A DNA stretch of 64,000 nucleotides from IMG/VR virus record IMGVR_UViG_3300037725_000018, positions 1-64,000 of that record. One strand, given 5' to 3'. Of the stretch, positions 17,595 through 27,789 are shown piece after piece (the stretch's first letter is position 1; every line of letters begins with the position of its first letter). A model generated the notes under the pieces. It made no database searches and was not told where the DNA came from. It saw only the letters and a list, made by a program, of their open reading frames with translations. Both the position numbers and the translations under genes were made by a program.

Positions 17595-18238
17595 ATGGTC
17601 ATAATTCAAACAAAAGAAGACCTCTCAAAAGAAGAGGTATACCCCGAGCATCATGGGAAAAATGAAATTTGGTTTAAAGATTCGATTAATGGCAATCTTC
17701 GTTTAAGCCAAGGCAAGATTGACCTTTTAAAAGACACCTATATTCAAGTCGATGAAAGAAAAATTTGGGTTTCCGGATGTGACTTCACGTACAGACACAG
17801 GCTTTCAAAATACAAAGGCCAATGGGACCGTTGGGGCATGAGGGTACGAAGAAGCTTCCATAGAAAAGACAGAAGAAAAGCCTTGCCAATTTGCGAACGA
17901 CACTTTCGGCTTCGTCGGTTAGATAAGCAACATAAACAAGCGAAAAAATACGGAAATATTTTAAAGAGTTGGGGTGTCCACTAATGCTTATATTTCTTGA
18001 AACAAATTCAGAGATTATAGAACTTACAAATGTTGGATTCGATTTTTCAAGCGCAGGCGTCTTTTCCTGTTGTAAAGACTATTCCGGAAGGTGTCATTAC
18101 ATGTTTGAACGCCCGATAGGAAATGGCACAATGACCTTCAAAGGAAGTAATATTTACGTGCGTTACCGGGTTAGAAAGTTTTGCAAAGAGGGCATGGGAA
18201 AGTCTGTGCCAATAAAATTTAAAGACTCTGTAAATTGA
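17595..18238 (+). CDS. Two hypothetical proteins (17595-17984, 17984-18238)
   Basis: Coupled ORFs with a TAATG overlap. Confidence 0.65.
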
Positions 18239-18314
18239 TTCTCTTACTTGGAACCAACCTCATGCACTTGCATTTAAGTATTGCGATTTTGAAAGAGAGA
18301 AACCTCCTGTTACG

Positions 18315-18629
18315 ATGGAAACTGAAGTTGACGGACTTTGCCACCTTCTTGCCCACGAGATCAACAAGCGGATTTCGGGGACTGTGATTGGAACCACCAC
18401 TCCTTCCGGTCGGACGTGGCACTACGCCTTTTTGACCGAAGATGGGTCCGTGGTTGACAAGCACGGTTTTCATGATTCGGTTGATTCATTTTTGGCAAAG
18501 GCCAAAGACAGTTTCGGTCGAGAAGATTTCTCAATTACCGAAGAATCCATTTCAAAAGAAATGGTGGATATATTTACCGAAGATGAAAAGCTTCGGGCTT
18601 CAACCTACGCAGAAAACCTTCTTAACTAA
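18315..18629 (+). CDS. Small protein with Cys-His-Asp (papain/transglutaminase-like) motif
   Basis: GLCHLLA...WHYAF...VVDKHG. Confidence 0.5.
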   Translation: METEVDGLCHLLAHEINKRISGTVIGTTTPSGRTWHYAFLTEDGSVVDKHGFHDSVDSFLAKAKDSFGREDFSITEESISKEMVDIFTEDEKLRASTYAENLLN

Positions 18630-18642
18630 GAAAAACACGTCC

Positions 18643-19695
18643 ATGTATCCAATTGGAAAAAAGGAAATTCAAAAGGCCGCAAGTCGGCTTGGAATTGAAA
18701 TTTCAAACGAGACGCCTTCCCCCGGAGACGCGTATCTTTGTGGAAGGAACACAAGCGTTCAAATGTTTACGTGCAATCGTGTTGAAAACGGCTGCGTGTT
18801 TCCGGAGGAAAGAGGATACCCATACAACACCGCAGAGTGCTATAAGGTAAAGACGTGACCCAACACACTTGCTAAAAGAGATCGCCCGTCTTAGAGGCTG
18901 TAAGAGGCTTCTAAGGTTAATCTACATACATGAAGAAAATAAAAGAACAATGACAATAGAAAGTGCAATTCAAGTACACAAGTTCTTAAAAGAGAATCCC
19001 GGTTTTCTTGACGGGAGAATTTCTTGCACCCTGTCTAAATCAAAACACAAAGACAGAGAAGACTCGTTTTTCAGTAGAGGATACACCGGAGCAATTTTAA
19101 AAGAAGAGATTGGTTTTCTTTTTTCTCAAACCGATGATTATTCTTCGGTTCACGGAGTTGCTGCAGAATTTGAAAACAGCGAAGTTTCTCGCACGATGAA
19201 GCACTCTGATTTTGATGAAATGATTAAAGAGGTTCATTTTTCCGGGACCGTAGAACACGTCTTGAACAAAATTTCTAGGTGGGAATCAAACGGCAAGTTC
19301 AAAAACGTAACGACAACCGAAAACTCTGTTCTCTTGTGGCCGAATGAAGACCGTTGGCCTGTAAAATATGATAACTATCCTATCAAATTTAAGGTTAAAT
19401 CAGTTGAAAAGGAGCGGAAGTTTCTGCTTTTCAAAAAGAAACCGTTTCGTTCTTACCACGTATTTCGGTTTATCTCTTCATGTATAGAAGACCGAATGTA
19501 TTCGCTTCCAAACCTTAACTAAAAGACCGGATGATAATTGTGGTCATTGAGCGGGAAGAACCGATAGAACATTGGTATGACGTAAGAGAACAAAATTTTG
19601 AAAATGTGGCACTTGTAAATCTTGTTAGAGGCGACAAAAAGCAAGTGCGAATATACGAAAACCTAATCAAGAAAGACTTCAACGAAAACTGGTAG
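18643..19695 (+). CDS. Three hypothetical proteins (18643-18858, 18950-19522, 19531-19695)
   Basis: Co-oriented ORFs; likely ATG starts chosen manually; the last is below the ORF-track cutoff. Confidence 0.55.
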
Positions 19696-19732
19696 AAAGG
19701 TAAACGAACGAACTTCAAACAAAAACAAAAGA

Positions 19733-20293
19733 ATGGTAGATGAAAACGATGTAACAAACTTTAACAGGACCAAAAAAGAGCTTCAAGAGTTTCTTTTGTT
19801 TGGTATGTGTGTAGCCGGAAAAACCGCCAAGGTTCAATCAAAGAAGTTAGAAGAGTTTTTGAGTTTAGAAGAAGGCCAGACACCTTTTGAAAAAATTGAA
19901 TCTATGGTAGAAAAAGGCGTTCTTGAAAGCAACTTGAAGAAAGTAAAAATGGGAAAGTACACAACACTTGTCCCCGGATTTAAAAGCCTTGCAAAAGAAA
20001 AGCCGAATCTTGAAACAATTTCAAAGAAAGAGCTTGAAACCTATTCGGGAATTGGGCCAAAAACTTCAAGGTACTTTATTTTGCATTCAAGAGAAGAAGC
20101 AAACGTTGCGTGCTTGGACACACACATTTTAAAGTGGATGAAAAGTCTAGGGTATGAAGTTCCAAAGTCTACCCCGTCCGGAAACAGATACAAAAGAATT
20201 GAAACCCATTATCTTTCAGAGTGCCGGAAAAGAGGAAGGCACCCGGCTCATTTGGATTTAGAAATTTGGAAACGGTATAGCAAAAGCTCATGA
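19733..20293 (+). CDS. HhH-GPD DNA glycosylase (Ogg/endonuclease III-like)
   Basis: LETYSGIGPKTSRYFI (HhH) followed by ACLDTHILKW. Confidence 0.8.
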   Translation: MVDENDVTNFNRTKKELQEFLLFGMCVAGKTAKVQSKKLEEFLSLEEGQTPFEKIESMVEKGVLESNLKKVKMGKYTTLVPGFKSLAKEKPNLETISKKELETYSGIGPKTSRYFILHSREEANVACLDTHILKWMKSLGYEVPKSTPSGNRYKRIETHYLSECRKRGRHPAHLDLEIWKRYSKSS

Positions 20294-21081
20294 ACCCACT
20301 TGACCACTATTTGATTGTAACTCTTGTTTTGCTCTACATGCTTTTTGGCACAGGTTCACTTTTAATAACGCAAGGATATAAAATTTACAAGCAAATCAAA
20401 GAAGAAAATGAACACGACAACTGATCACGTCATTAAAGTATACAGCGAAGAGCCGTACATCGACCATAGCTTCGAGCTTGAGGGAGAAACCTATTACGTA
20501 GCCGTTGTTGAAGTCCGGGTAAGCAACCACGGGCGGGAGACGGACAAGCCAATTACGTTTTTCTCAACGTCGAAAGAAGAGGCTCTTCAAGAAGCTTCAA
20601 AGGTAGAAGTTGGATACACTCGACAAGTATAAAGGAAAACCCAAAAACAAATATGAAAGACGTAAAACGAAACGTTCCAAAAAAAGGTGATAGAGTTCGG
20701 GTTCGAATGAACCTAAACAAAGGTCTTATCGTTGTGAAAGCCGCAAGTGGCCCAAACTACGGAAAAATGCTTTACATGACCGACGAAGTTGTAAAGGTAT
20801 CCGATCCGGAGTTTCGAGTCATGGACGGTTCTTACGAAAGGGTCGTAAACGAAGGCCAGAGAGACCTTTGCGCCTACGTTGTGGGGACGTACGAAGGCCA
20901 TTCAAGTGAAGAAAAAAATCCGAACGTGTTTTACAACCCGTTTCGGCAAAAGCATTTTCACTTCCGGGACTCAACCCCGGTGAAAGGAAAGGTTGAAGGA
21001 GAAGAGCTTTTCTTTTGGGCCGAAGACGGGAAAGGGCGAATGAAACTAACAACAGATCAAACAGAAAATGAATGCGATTGA
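20290..21081 (+). CDS. Three small proteins (20290-20424 single-TM; 20408-20632; 20653-21081)
   Basis: Overlapping start/stop junctions; 20653 has VRVRMNLNK...ERV...LCAYVVG...VFYNPF, a pattern common in phage hypotheticals. Confidence 0.6.
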
Positions 21082-21385
21082 AAAGGTTTTAAAGCGAGAG
21101 GATTGGGAATCAAAAGGAAAAGAAGAGATCAACCAAGGGTCATGTAAGTTGTTTGCAGAAGCCGTAAATCAAGAAGACAGCAGGTACAAGGTAAAGCGCG
21201 GCCCCCTCCACACGTTTCTTTACAGAGAGGACACGGGGCTTTATTACGACTCCGAGTGCCCGGAAGGTGTAGAGTACCCGGATTTTCTTCCGTTCTATTG
21301 CCGTTGCCATAGCATATACGACAGCTACTGGATGCATCTTGGATGGTCGAAGGTTGGTTCAAACAGACATGTCCAAAAAGTATGA
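21068..21385 (+). CDS. Small protein with Cys-His-Asp (papain/transglutaminase-like) motif
   Basis: INQGSCKLFA...LHTFL...YYDSE. Confidence 0.5.
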   Translation: MNAIEKVLKREDWESKGKEEINQGSCKLFAEAVNQEDSRYKVKRGPLHTFLYREDTGLYYDSECPEGVEYPDFLPFYCRCHSIYDSYWMHLGWSKVGSNRHVQKV

Positions 21386-21621
21386 TTGTATATTTGAAAG
21401 ACAAGACGGAAAGAAAAGAGTGGCGCAACTACGTAATGGAATATCCAGAGGACGGGGTACCTATGGAGTATCGAGAATTTTCAAAAGACCACATCCTTCA
21501 TCCGGTATATCATAAAGGATTAAAGGGGACAAAAAAGCAAATCAAACAGGCCATAAGTGTGCCTTCAAAGCAGTTTTACGAAAAGAGCAACGTATTCACG
21601 AAAAAAATAGAGATCAAATAA
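21382..21621 (+). CDS. Hypothetical protein
   Basis: ATG overlaps the upstream stop (ATGA). Confidence 0.6.
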   Translation: MIVYLKDKTERKEWRNYVMEYPEDGVPMEYREFSKDHILHPVYHKGLKGTKKQIKQAISVPSKQFYEKSNVFTKKIEIK

Positions 21622-21624
21622 CAC

Positions 21625-22146
21625 ATGTCCTTGGTAATTGGAGTTTCATATAACGAAAAGTCTATAATCGCAGCAGACTCCGGAGGGTTTAACAGTAGCA
21701 ACGGCAACTTTGAAGTTGTGAAAAGTCCAAGAAAAATTCAAAAAATTGAAGGGGTCTTATACGGTCTTGTAAACTCTTGGGAAGACATTCAAGTGTTAAA
21801 AGAGATAAAGACCGAAAGTAAAAAGTCTGTTAAACCATACCATATGAAAAAAGTTCTTCGGCGTTTTGAAGAAAAAAAGGGGGACAACGGAATGAAGGGA
21901 ATAGCCATAGACAGCCAGCACATCGTTCGGCTTTACAACTCGAAAGCCCCAAGACATTTGTCCCCCGATAAACACAAGTTTGCCGCCGTAGGCTGTGGGA
22001 AGGATTGGGTGGAAGGATATATGCACGCGAAAATCAAAGACTTTGAAGACCCGGAAGAGCTGGTTTCGTCTACGTTTTCTGCTATCCAAGACGTGAACAA
22101 GTTTGTTGAACCACCAATACGAAAGGTACTCAAAAACCACCAATGA
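21625..22146 (+). CDS. HslV/proteasome-beta-like Ntn hydrolase
   Basis: MSLVIG...IAADS...RKIQKI...YGLVNS...AVGCG. Confidence 0.65.
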   Translation: MSLVIGVSYNEKSIIAADSGGFNSSNGNFEVVKSPRKIQKIEGVLYGLVNSWEDIQVLKEIKTESKKSVKPYHMKKVLRRFEEKKGDNGMKGIAIDSQHIVRLYNSKAPRHLSPDKHKFAAVGCGKDWVEGYMHAKIKDFEDPEELVSSTFSAIQDVNKFVEPPIRKVLKNHQ

Positions 22147-23051
22147 TTGTTGTTTTTAAAACCAAAGAAGCCAAACGATTTTTGAAAAGGTACATTTCTC
22201 TTTGGGGGTCGTACAACGACGTTGCCGTAAACCCCGAAGTTTTCATACACAACCAAAAAACGCTTCAAAGAGCAAAAGAAAAAATTATCGAAGCTTCAAA
22301 ACACGGAAAGATAGTATGAGTTCGGAGAAAGAAAAATTTGACCGGGTTAGCGTTAAATCCAAAGTTAAAACCGGAACAAAAAAAGAAGAAACATCTCGCC
22401 CCACAGAACCGTATGAAGTGCTTCTTGAATTTCGTGACGACTCCGGAGCACGGCACTTCATCAAATGGTTTTGGGGAAGGGGTGGACTCGAAAAGTTTCG
22501 GGTAGACAAGTGCCTTCCCGATTCAGTGCCGAAAGCCGCAGATCACGTGTTTGGGCTTCCCGAAGAAGGAATTATTACGAGAGACCGACGTAGGTATATA
22601 CACGAAATTCTTATTCTCTTCGAAACAAAAAAAGAGGCAACGTGTTTTAAGCAGTGGTGGGATTATCTTGGGTCTTCGGCTTTCAATGATTACGTCAACG
22701 AATAGTCTTTATTGAACCAATGATTATACTAACGGCAAACTACAACACTTCAAAAATCGTTAACGAATGGGTCGAAGACGAACTTTACGAGAACGGGTGG
22801 CACAAACCGTTTCCAATTTCAATTCGAAACATAAAGGGGTGGAGAAAAAACCAAAGCGTTCAAGTTCTTAAAGAAAGACTCGTAAATGAAAATATAAAGA
22901 AATGGTAATTTTGTCAAGCACAAAAGAAAACCTAAATGGTTGGCTTACGTCAACAACTGCTATGAAAAAGCTTTCTTTATGTTTTCGAAGAATAGACATT
23001 TGGGAAGTTGAAAAATTAAAAAGGGATATCCGGAAGAACCTTTGCCACTAG
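22143..23051 (+). CDS. Four small hypothetical proteins (22143-22319, 22316-22705, 22720-22908, 22902-23051)
   Basis: Mostly translationally coupled ORFs; two are under 60 aa and were read manually. Confidence 0.5.
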
Positions 23052-23151
23052 TTCAATTAAAACGTAACTTTTTAGCCAAAATTAAACACACTCCCGAAGA
23101 CCCTGAAATTGTTTGTGAACTTTTAGAACCTGTATCTGTACTGTAGAGGCG

Positions 23152-23985
23152 ATGAACTACATCTACGAAATTCGAAATACAAAAACCGAAAGGTCATACA
23201 TCGGGTCCACCGAAAATTTTCGGAGACGAATGGTTGAACACCGCTCGATGCTTCGAAAAGGTGTCCACTCTTCCCCGTACCTCCAACACTCTTGGAACCA
23301 GTACGGGGAAGAGGCTTTTGTATTTCGGGTATTAGAGCAAGTCCCGGAAACCGAACATCTTCTTCAAATTGAGCAGCAGTGGCTTGACGATGTAAAACCT
23401 TTTCCGTGGGAAAACCCAAAGGGATACAATATAAGCCCGGATGCTATTGGTGGTTACACTTGGGGACCAAAACACCCAAGATACAATGAAATCGTTGAAA
23501 AAATGAAAAAGATCAATTCTGGAGAAAACAACGGGATGTGGGGGAAAGAACATACCGAAGAAACTCTTCAGCTTATGAAAGACCGTGCTGAAGGTCGGTA
23601 TACTCTTGAATGGTTTATCGAACGATATGGTGAGGAAAAAGGAAAACAACGTTATAAAAGTCGTTGTAAACGTCTATCAAACCGTGAATACGACAACCCA
23701 ATGAATCATGAAAAACACAGAAAGAAAATTTCGGAAACACTTCAAGGAAGAAATGTTACTTGGAAAGATAAAATTAGTAAAGGTAGAAAAGGAAAAGGGA
23801 CTGGAAAGGCAAATGTGAACTACAAAGAAATTTCAAAGACAGAACTAAAACAAAAAGTTAAAGAAGAGTTAAAATCAAAAGAATTGGCTGAATATTTTGA
23901 TGTTTCACAAAACACAATTACCCGCAAACTCAAAAAACATTTCGGATGTGGTCTCCGTGAAGCTAGAAAACAGTTTAGACAATGA
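23152..23985 (+). CDS. Free-standing GIY-YIG homing endonuclease with NUMOD3-like motifs and C-terminal HTH
   Basis: YIYEI...SYIGST...RRRM.EH; NGMWGKEHTEET and HRKKISETLQG. Confidence 0.85.
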   Translation: MNYIYEIRNTKTERSYIGSTENFRRRMVEHRSMLRKGVHSSPYLQHSWNQYGEEAFVFRVLEQVPETEHLLQIEQQWLDDVKPFPWENPKGYNISPDAIGGYTWGPKHPRYNEIVEKMKKINSGENNGMWGKEHTEETLQLMKDRAEGRYTLEWFIERYGEEKGKQRYKSRCKRLSNREYDNPMNHEKHRKKISETLQGRNVTWKDKISKGRKGKGTGKANVNYKEISKTELKQKVKEELKSKELAEYFDVSQNTITRKLKKHFGCGLREARKQFRQ

Positions 23986-24019
23986 AAAAAGGGATGAGCC
24001 AAAAGCTCATCCCTTTTTT
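23985..24019. terminator. Bidirectional intrinsic terminator between the endonuclease and MCP
   Basis: aaaaaagggatgagc-caaaa-gctcatccctttttt. Confidence 0.85.
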
Positions 24020-24047
24020 CTTTTTGTGATATGTAAGGTCCTAAACC

Positions 24048-25763
24048 TTATACGCGGCCCGGATTATCAACTACTACGATACCATAAAACTCGGGGCGAA
24101 CCATGCGCTTCGCATACCGTGTCATAACCCCTCTTCTTGGCGTGAAGTTGTTAGGGTCATACACGATAGGTGTCATAATGAGTGGGATATATGGAGCATA
24201 AACTGCACCAGTTTCAAGGAAGCTTTGTCCTCTATATCCAACAAGAATGATGTTTTCAAGCATGTATGGGTTCTTGTAAACTTGGAATCTGTTGTACAGA
24301 GTACCCACACGCTGAACACCCATAGCGAACTGCATCTCGTCTCCACCTGTGTCGGTTCTGAATCCTTCAATGGACTCAAGAATCGTTGCAACTTGCGGGG
24401 AGCAAACAAGGAAGTTTGCACCACCACGCATTGTCTTCTGGTGGATAGAGTTGGAAACGCTTTGGATCTTGTTTCCTAGCGTTTGGAACCAATCGTTCTT
24501 ACGGGCACCCGGTTGGGAACCTGCGTCAACGAACGAATCAGTTGCCGGATCATACTCAAATCCAACCTTCGTGCTCCAGTACTCTCGCGTTAGAGCGTTG
24601 GAAATGAGCATGTCAAGGATCTCAAGATCAATCTCCATTGAAATGTACTCAGAAAGCATACTTGTTAGTTCTGCCTCTGCGTCAATGGAGTGATAAGCGT
24701 TAAGGTCCTGTGCAAGCTCCGGAGTCCAGACAGCCTTCAATTTACGTGTCTTTGCCGCAATCGGCTCGGAACGCAAGTCGAAGTCAATTTCCGGAATGTC
24801 AAGGATTTCATATCCGCTTGACGGGTTGGTTGTGGAAGGGTAGTCTCCGTTATCACCCGGACCAGCAACGTCAGGGTTCGGGGAACGATCCTCGAAGTCA
24901 CCACGGTCGAACGTTTCTGGCTGAACTTGATACTCAACCGTTACGTTATCGGAATCGAAGTCTCCAGCCGTTTCAACAGCACCGGAAGTTGTCGGAAGAA
25001 CAACGAACTCAACTCGCTGCTTGCCACCAAACTGTCCAATGTGCTCGATGTGTGCCGGATAAAATTGGTCAATAATTGCAGACGCAATCGTGAATCCGCG
25101 AACACCGTTTGGATCAGCCGTCTCCGGAAGGTCAACCGTAACGGCCCTTAGAAGGTCGTCACCGTCAACAGTAAGGTCTGCTCCATTTACTCCAACAAGA
25201 TCCGGATCGAAGTCAACTCGGCTCTTAGAAACGGTGTCAACGGATACAACACGTTCGGTTCCGCTTCCACCTGTAGAGTCAAGTCCTTCAACCGTTTGGT
25301 CGTTCATAGAGTACGTGAAGCGACCTTCACCGTAAAATCCTCCGGTTGGGTCTCCTTCAACTTCGGTGTCACCGTGGATTAGATCATCCTCGTTGAATCC
25401 CGGCTGCGTGGAGCCATACTTGAAGTCAAGGAAGAAGATCAATCCAGAAGGAAGGTTCATCGGCTGAACCGAAACAAATTCCTTCGCAACGATTTCACCA
25501 AAAACTCTTCGTACCAATGGGAGAGCAACACCCGCCCATTCTTCGGAACCCTCTGAGGTTCCGGTTCGATTTGCTTCGTTAACAAGCTGTTGATACTGGT
25601 TTTCAAGAAGGATTGCAAGACCGTGTGTTTCTTCTTCACGGTCAAGTCCTTCAAGAAGACCTGTCTTTTCCCACTTGTTAACAAGCCCACGGGATTTTTC
25701 TTTCAGGGTCTGCTGTGGGCTTTTACCCTGATTAAATTTATTAAGGTCTACAGAAGTTCTCAT
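24048..25763 (-). CDS. Major capsid protein (T4 gp23-like)
   Basis: KWEKTGLLEGL, LPLVRRVF, VQPMNLPSGLIF, KTRKLKAVWTPELAQDL and YAPYIPL...FTPRRGVMTRY; probable maturation site LVNE63/A64. Confidence 0.95.
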   Translation of the reverse strand: MRTSVDLNKFNQGKSPQQTLKEKSRGLVNKWEKTGLLEGLDREEETHGLAILLENQYQQLVNEANRTGTSEGSEEWAGVALPLVRRVFGEIVAKEFVSVQPMNLPSGLIFFLDFKYGSTQPGFNEDDLIHGDTEVEGDPTGGFYGEGRFTYSMNDQTVEGLDSTGGSGTERVVSVDTVSKSRVDFDPDLVGVNGADLTVDGDDLLRAVTVDLPETADPNGVRGFTIASAIIDQFYPAHIEHIGQFGGKQRVEFVVLPTTSGAVETAGDFDSDNVTVEYQVQPETFDRGDFEDRSPNPDVAGPGDNGDYPSTTNPSSGYEILDIPEIDFDLRSEPIAAKTRKLKAVWTPELAQDLNAYHSIDAEAELTSMLSEYISMEIDLEILDMLISNALTREYWSTKVGFEYDPATDSFVDAGSQPGARKNDWFQTLGNKIQSVSNSIHQKTMRGGANFLVCSPQVATILESIEGFRTDTGGDEMQFAMGVQRVGTLYNRFQVYKNPYMLENIILVGYRGQSFLETGAVYAPYIPLIMTPIVYDPNNFTPRRGVMTRYAKRMVRPEFYGIVVVDNPGRV

Positions 25764-25840
25764 TTGATTTTTATGAAATTCTGATTAAGTTATGTAAATG
25801 ATGTAACTTATGATAAATCTTTTTTCCTGCGAGTTATTGT

Positions 25841-27256
25841 TTACCGATTCTCAATTCCGGCAAGCTTCTTCATTCTTTCAGGGAAGCTTGCGTCTTCGTT
25901 GAGAATCTGTTTTGTCTCATTTGAAGAAGGACGTGTAGAGCCTTGTTGTCTAGAGGAACTTAGGTTAATTTGCTCTGTTAGACTCTCGGCTTGGTCCTTC
26001 TTGGTCCGTTGACTAGACTGACTTGCGGAGTCGGTAAGGTTCTCTGCAAGGTTTGTGTATGTCAACTTGACCTCACGAATATTTTGTGCTCGATCAAAGG
26101 AATCGATAACACGTTTCTTTTGGCGTTCGTTAAGGTCGAACGCATTGGTAAGCTTATTCGTGTAGAGCAGTTTGCTATTAATGAGATTAACCTCATTCAT
26201 TTCTTCTCGCAGGATTTTGAAAGCCTGTCGAAATTCGTCTAGCTGCTCTTTAAGCTTTTCGTTTTCACGACGAAGACTTCGGTAAGACTCTTCCATTTCG
26301 TCTTCGTCTTCCATTTCGTCGTAATCCATTTCTTCCATGTCGTCTTCCTCTTCAAGAAGAAGATCGCCATAGCTTACGTAAGATTCGCCAATGGTAGAAT
26401 CCGGCATGTCCTCTGCTTCGTAGTCCATCTCTCCGTATCCGTAGCCATAATCAAACTCTACGTAGTCGTCAGACGTGTCCATAAGATCGTCTACAACTTG
26501 GTCGTATGGACCGGAAACTGCGCTTGGCTCTTGCATTGGCTCGTCTCGGTCAACAGACGTTACGCCGTATTCACGAAGCGTACTTTCGAGTTCATCCACG
26601 TCGATTTCGTACATTACGTCGTCACCGCCGCTTCTGGAACGACCATTTTCAAGATCGTTAAGAAACTCGTCAATTTGTCGGTCTAGATCCCTTTCTTCAA
26701 TGTCCTCTTCAAGTTCGGATACAACTCGGTCTAGATCCAACTTCTCGTGAACGTCGTCCATTGCCATTGCTCCGTATCCGTCTTCGTGGTCGTCCACGTC
26801 AAGCATTGGAGCATCTTCGTGGCCTCCGTCGTGTTGAACCTCGTCGTAAGAAAGCTCGTCTGCAAGATCCGGGTCGCGGTGGCGCTCGCCTCCCGCAACC
26901 TCTTCATCGAGTTCAGAGAGGAAGTTTGCGATATTGTCCCAATCGCGCTCGGAAAGTCCAAAGGACTCTTCCATATCTTCTTCTTCCTCGTCCTCTTCTT
27001 CGTCTTCTTCGTCTTCATCGTCAAGGTCCATTTCGACCTCTTCTTCATCTTCCATGTCTTCCATGTCTTCTTCGTCGTAGTCACCTTCCATTTCTTCTTC
27101 GGCTTCCCGTTGAAGTTGGTCGGCTACAACTTGACGAATCTTTGGCGTGAAAGCTTCACGAAGATAGTCAAAAGCGTTTTCTTTTGCTACTTCTCGAAGC
27201 GTTTTGGCGTCAGCCATCGCTTCTTTGAGCATTTCACTATCTGTTTGATCTTTCAT
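25841..27256 (-). CDS. Prohead core scaffold protein (gp22-like)
   Basis: LKEAMADAKTLREVA N-terminus, acidic middle and NEVNLINSKLLY...FDRA C-domain; directly upstream of MCP. Confidence 0.8.
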   Translation of the reverse strand: MKDQTDSEMLKEAMADAKTLREVAKENAFDYLREAFTPKIRQVVADQLQREAEEEMEGDYDEEDMEDMEDEEEVEMDLDDEDEEDEEEDEEEEDMEESFGLSERDWDNIANFLSELDEEVAGGERHRDPDLADELSYDEVQHDGGHEDAPMLDVDDHEDGYGAMAMDDVHEKLDLDRVVSELEEDIEERDLDRQIDEFLNDLENGRSRSGGDDVMYEIDVDELESTLREYGVTSVDRDEPMQEPSAVSGPYDQVVDDLMDTSDDYVEFDYGYGYGEMDYEAEDMPDSTIGESYVSYGDLLLEEEDDMEEMDYDEMEDEDEMEESYRSLRRENEKLKEQLDEFRQAFKILREEMNEVNLINSKLLYTNKLTNAFDLNERQKKRVIDSFDRAQNIREVKLTYTNLAENLTDSASQSSQRTKKDQAESLTEQINLSSSRQQGSTRPSSNETKQILNEDASFPERMKKLAGIENR

Positions 27257-27415
27257 GATAGTAGTTTATATGATTTATTGTTGATCTCTGCCTCTATTGA
27301 GAGAGACAATTGAGAACTTATGTTAAAATGCTAAATTTCGATACGGCGTATATGAACGCCGTTTTCGACATTTGAATAACTCTTTGCAAGGTGTGTGTAA
27401 CTTATATGTTCACAC

Positions 27416-27425
27416 TTATATATAG
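27416..27425 (-). promoter_or_regulatory. Candidate late promoter for the scaffold-MCP operon
   Basis: Exact CTATATATAA, 160 nt upstream of the scaffold ATG. Confidence 0.55.
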
Positions 27426-27454
27426 TGTTTGTATGAATTTTTTTTAAAATCCAT

Positions 27455-27784
27455 TTATCCGGAGAAAAAGCGGCGTGCTTTGCTCCACATCTTTGCGGCT
27501 TTGCTGCCGCCCTCAATAGCGTCGTACATAGCTTTTCGGATGTGCCTACCCTCTCCTTTCGACGTAATATCAATCCAACGCTCTACTTCTCTTCTTGGGC
27601 CTTTCACAATCCATGTAGTATCGGGGTAGTCTTCGTCTTTTTTAACTTCAACGTCGGCTTCTCGGTACGCTTTACTTGCTCGTTTAAAGTCAACCGCTGA
27701 CGTATATTTCATCACCGCTTCTTCGGTGAGGTGTTGAACCTCTTCACGGATAGTCCGCTTTAGTTTTCGCTGTGAAATCTTCAT
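27455..27784 (-). CDS. Leader-bearing small protein
   Basis: MKISQRKLKRTIREEVQHLTEE. Confidence 0.75.
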   Translation of the reverse strand: MKISQRKLKRTIREEVQHLTEEAVMKYTSAVDFKRASKAYREADVEVKKDEDYPDTTWIVKGPRREVERWIDITSKGEGRHIRKAMYDAIEGGSKAAKMWSKARRFFSG

Positions 27785-27789
27785 ATTGT

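Noticed and set aside
22909-23151. Duplicated MCP C-terminus upstream of the second endonuclease, by analogy with the helicase case
   Set aside because: Translating 23041-23151 in all three minus-strand frames gave nothing resembling RPEFYGIVVVDNPGRV; 22902-23051 is a small + strand ORF.
26731-27313. Alternative-frame ORFs and GAA/GAC triplet runs over the scaffold gene
   Set aside because: They are shadows of the low-complexity Asp/Glu-rich scaffold coding sequence, not independent genes or microsatellites.
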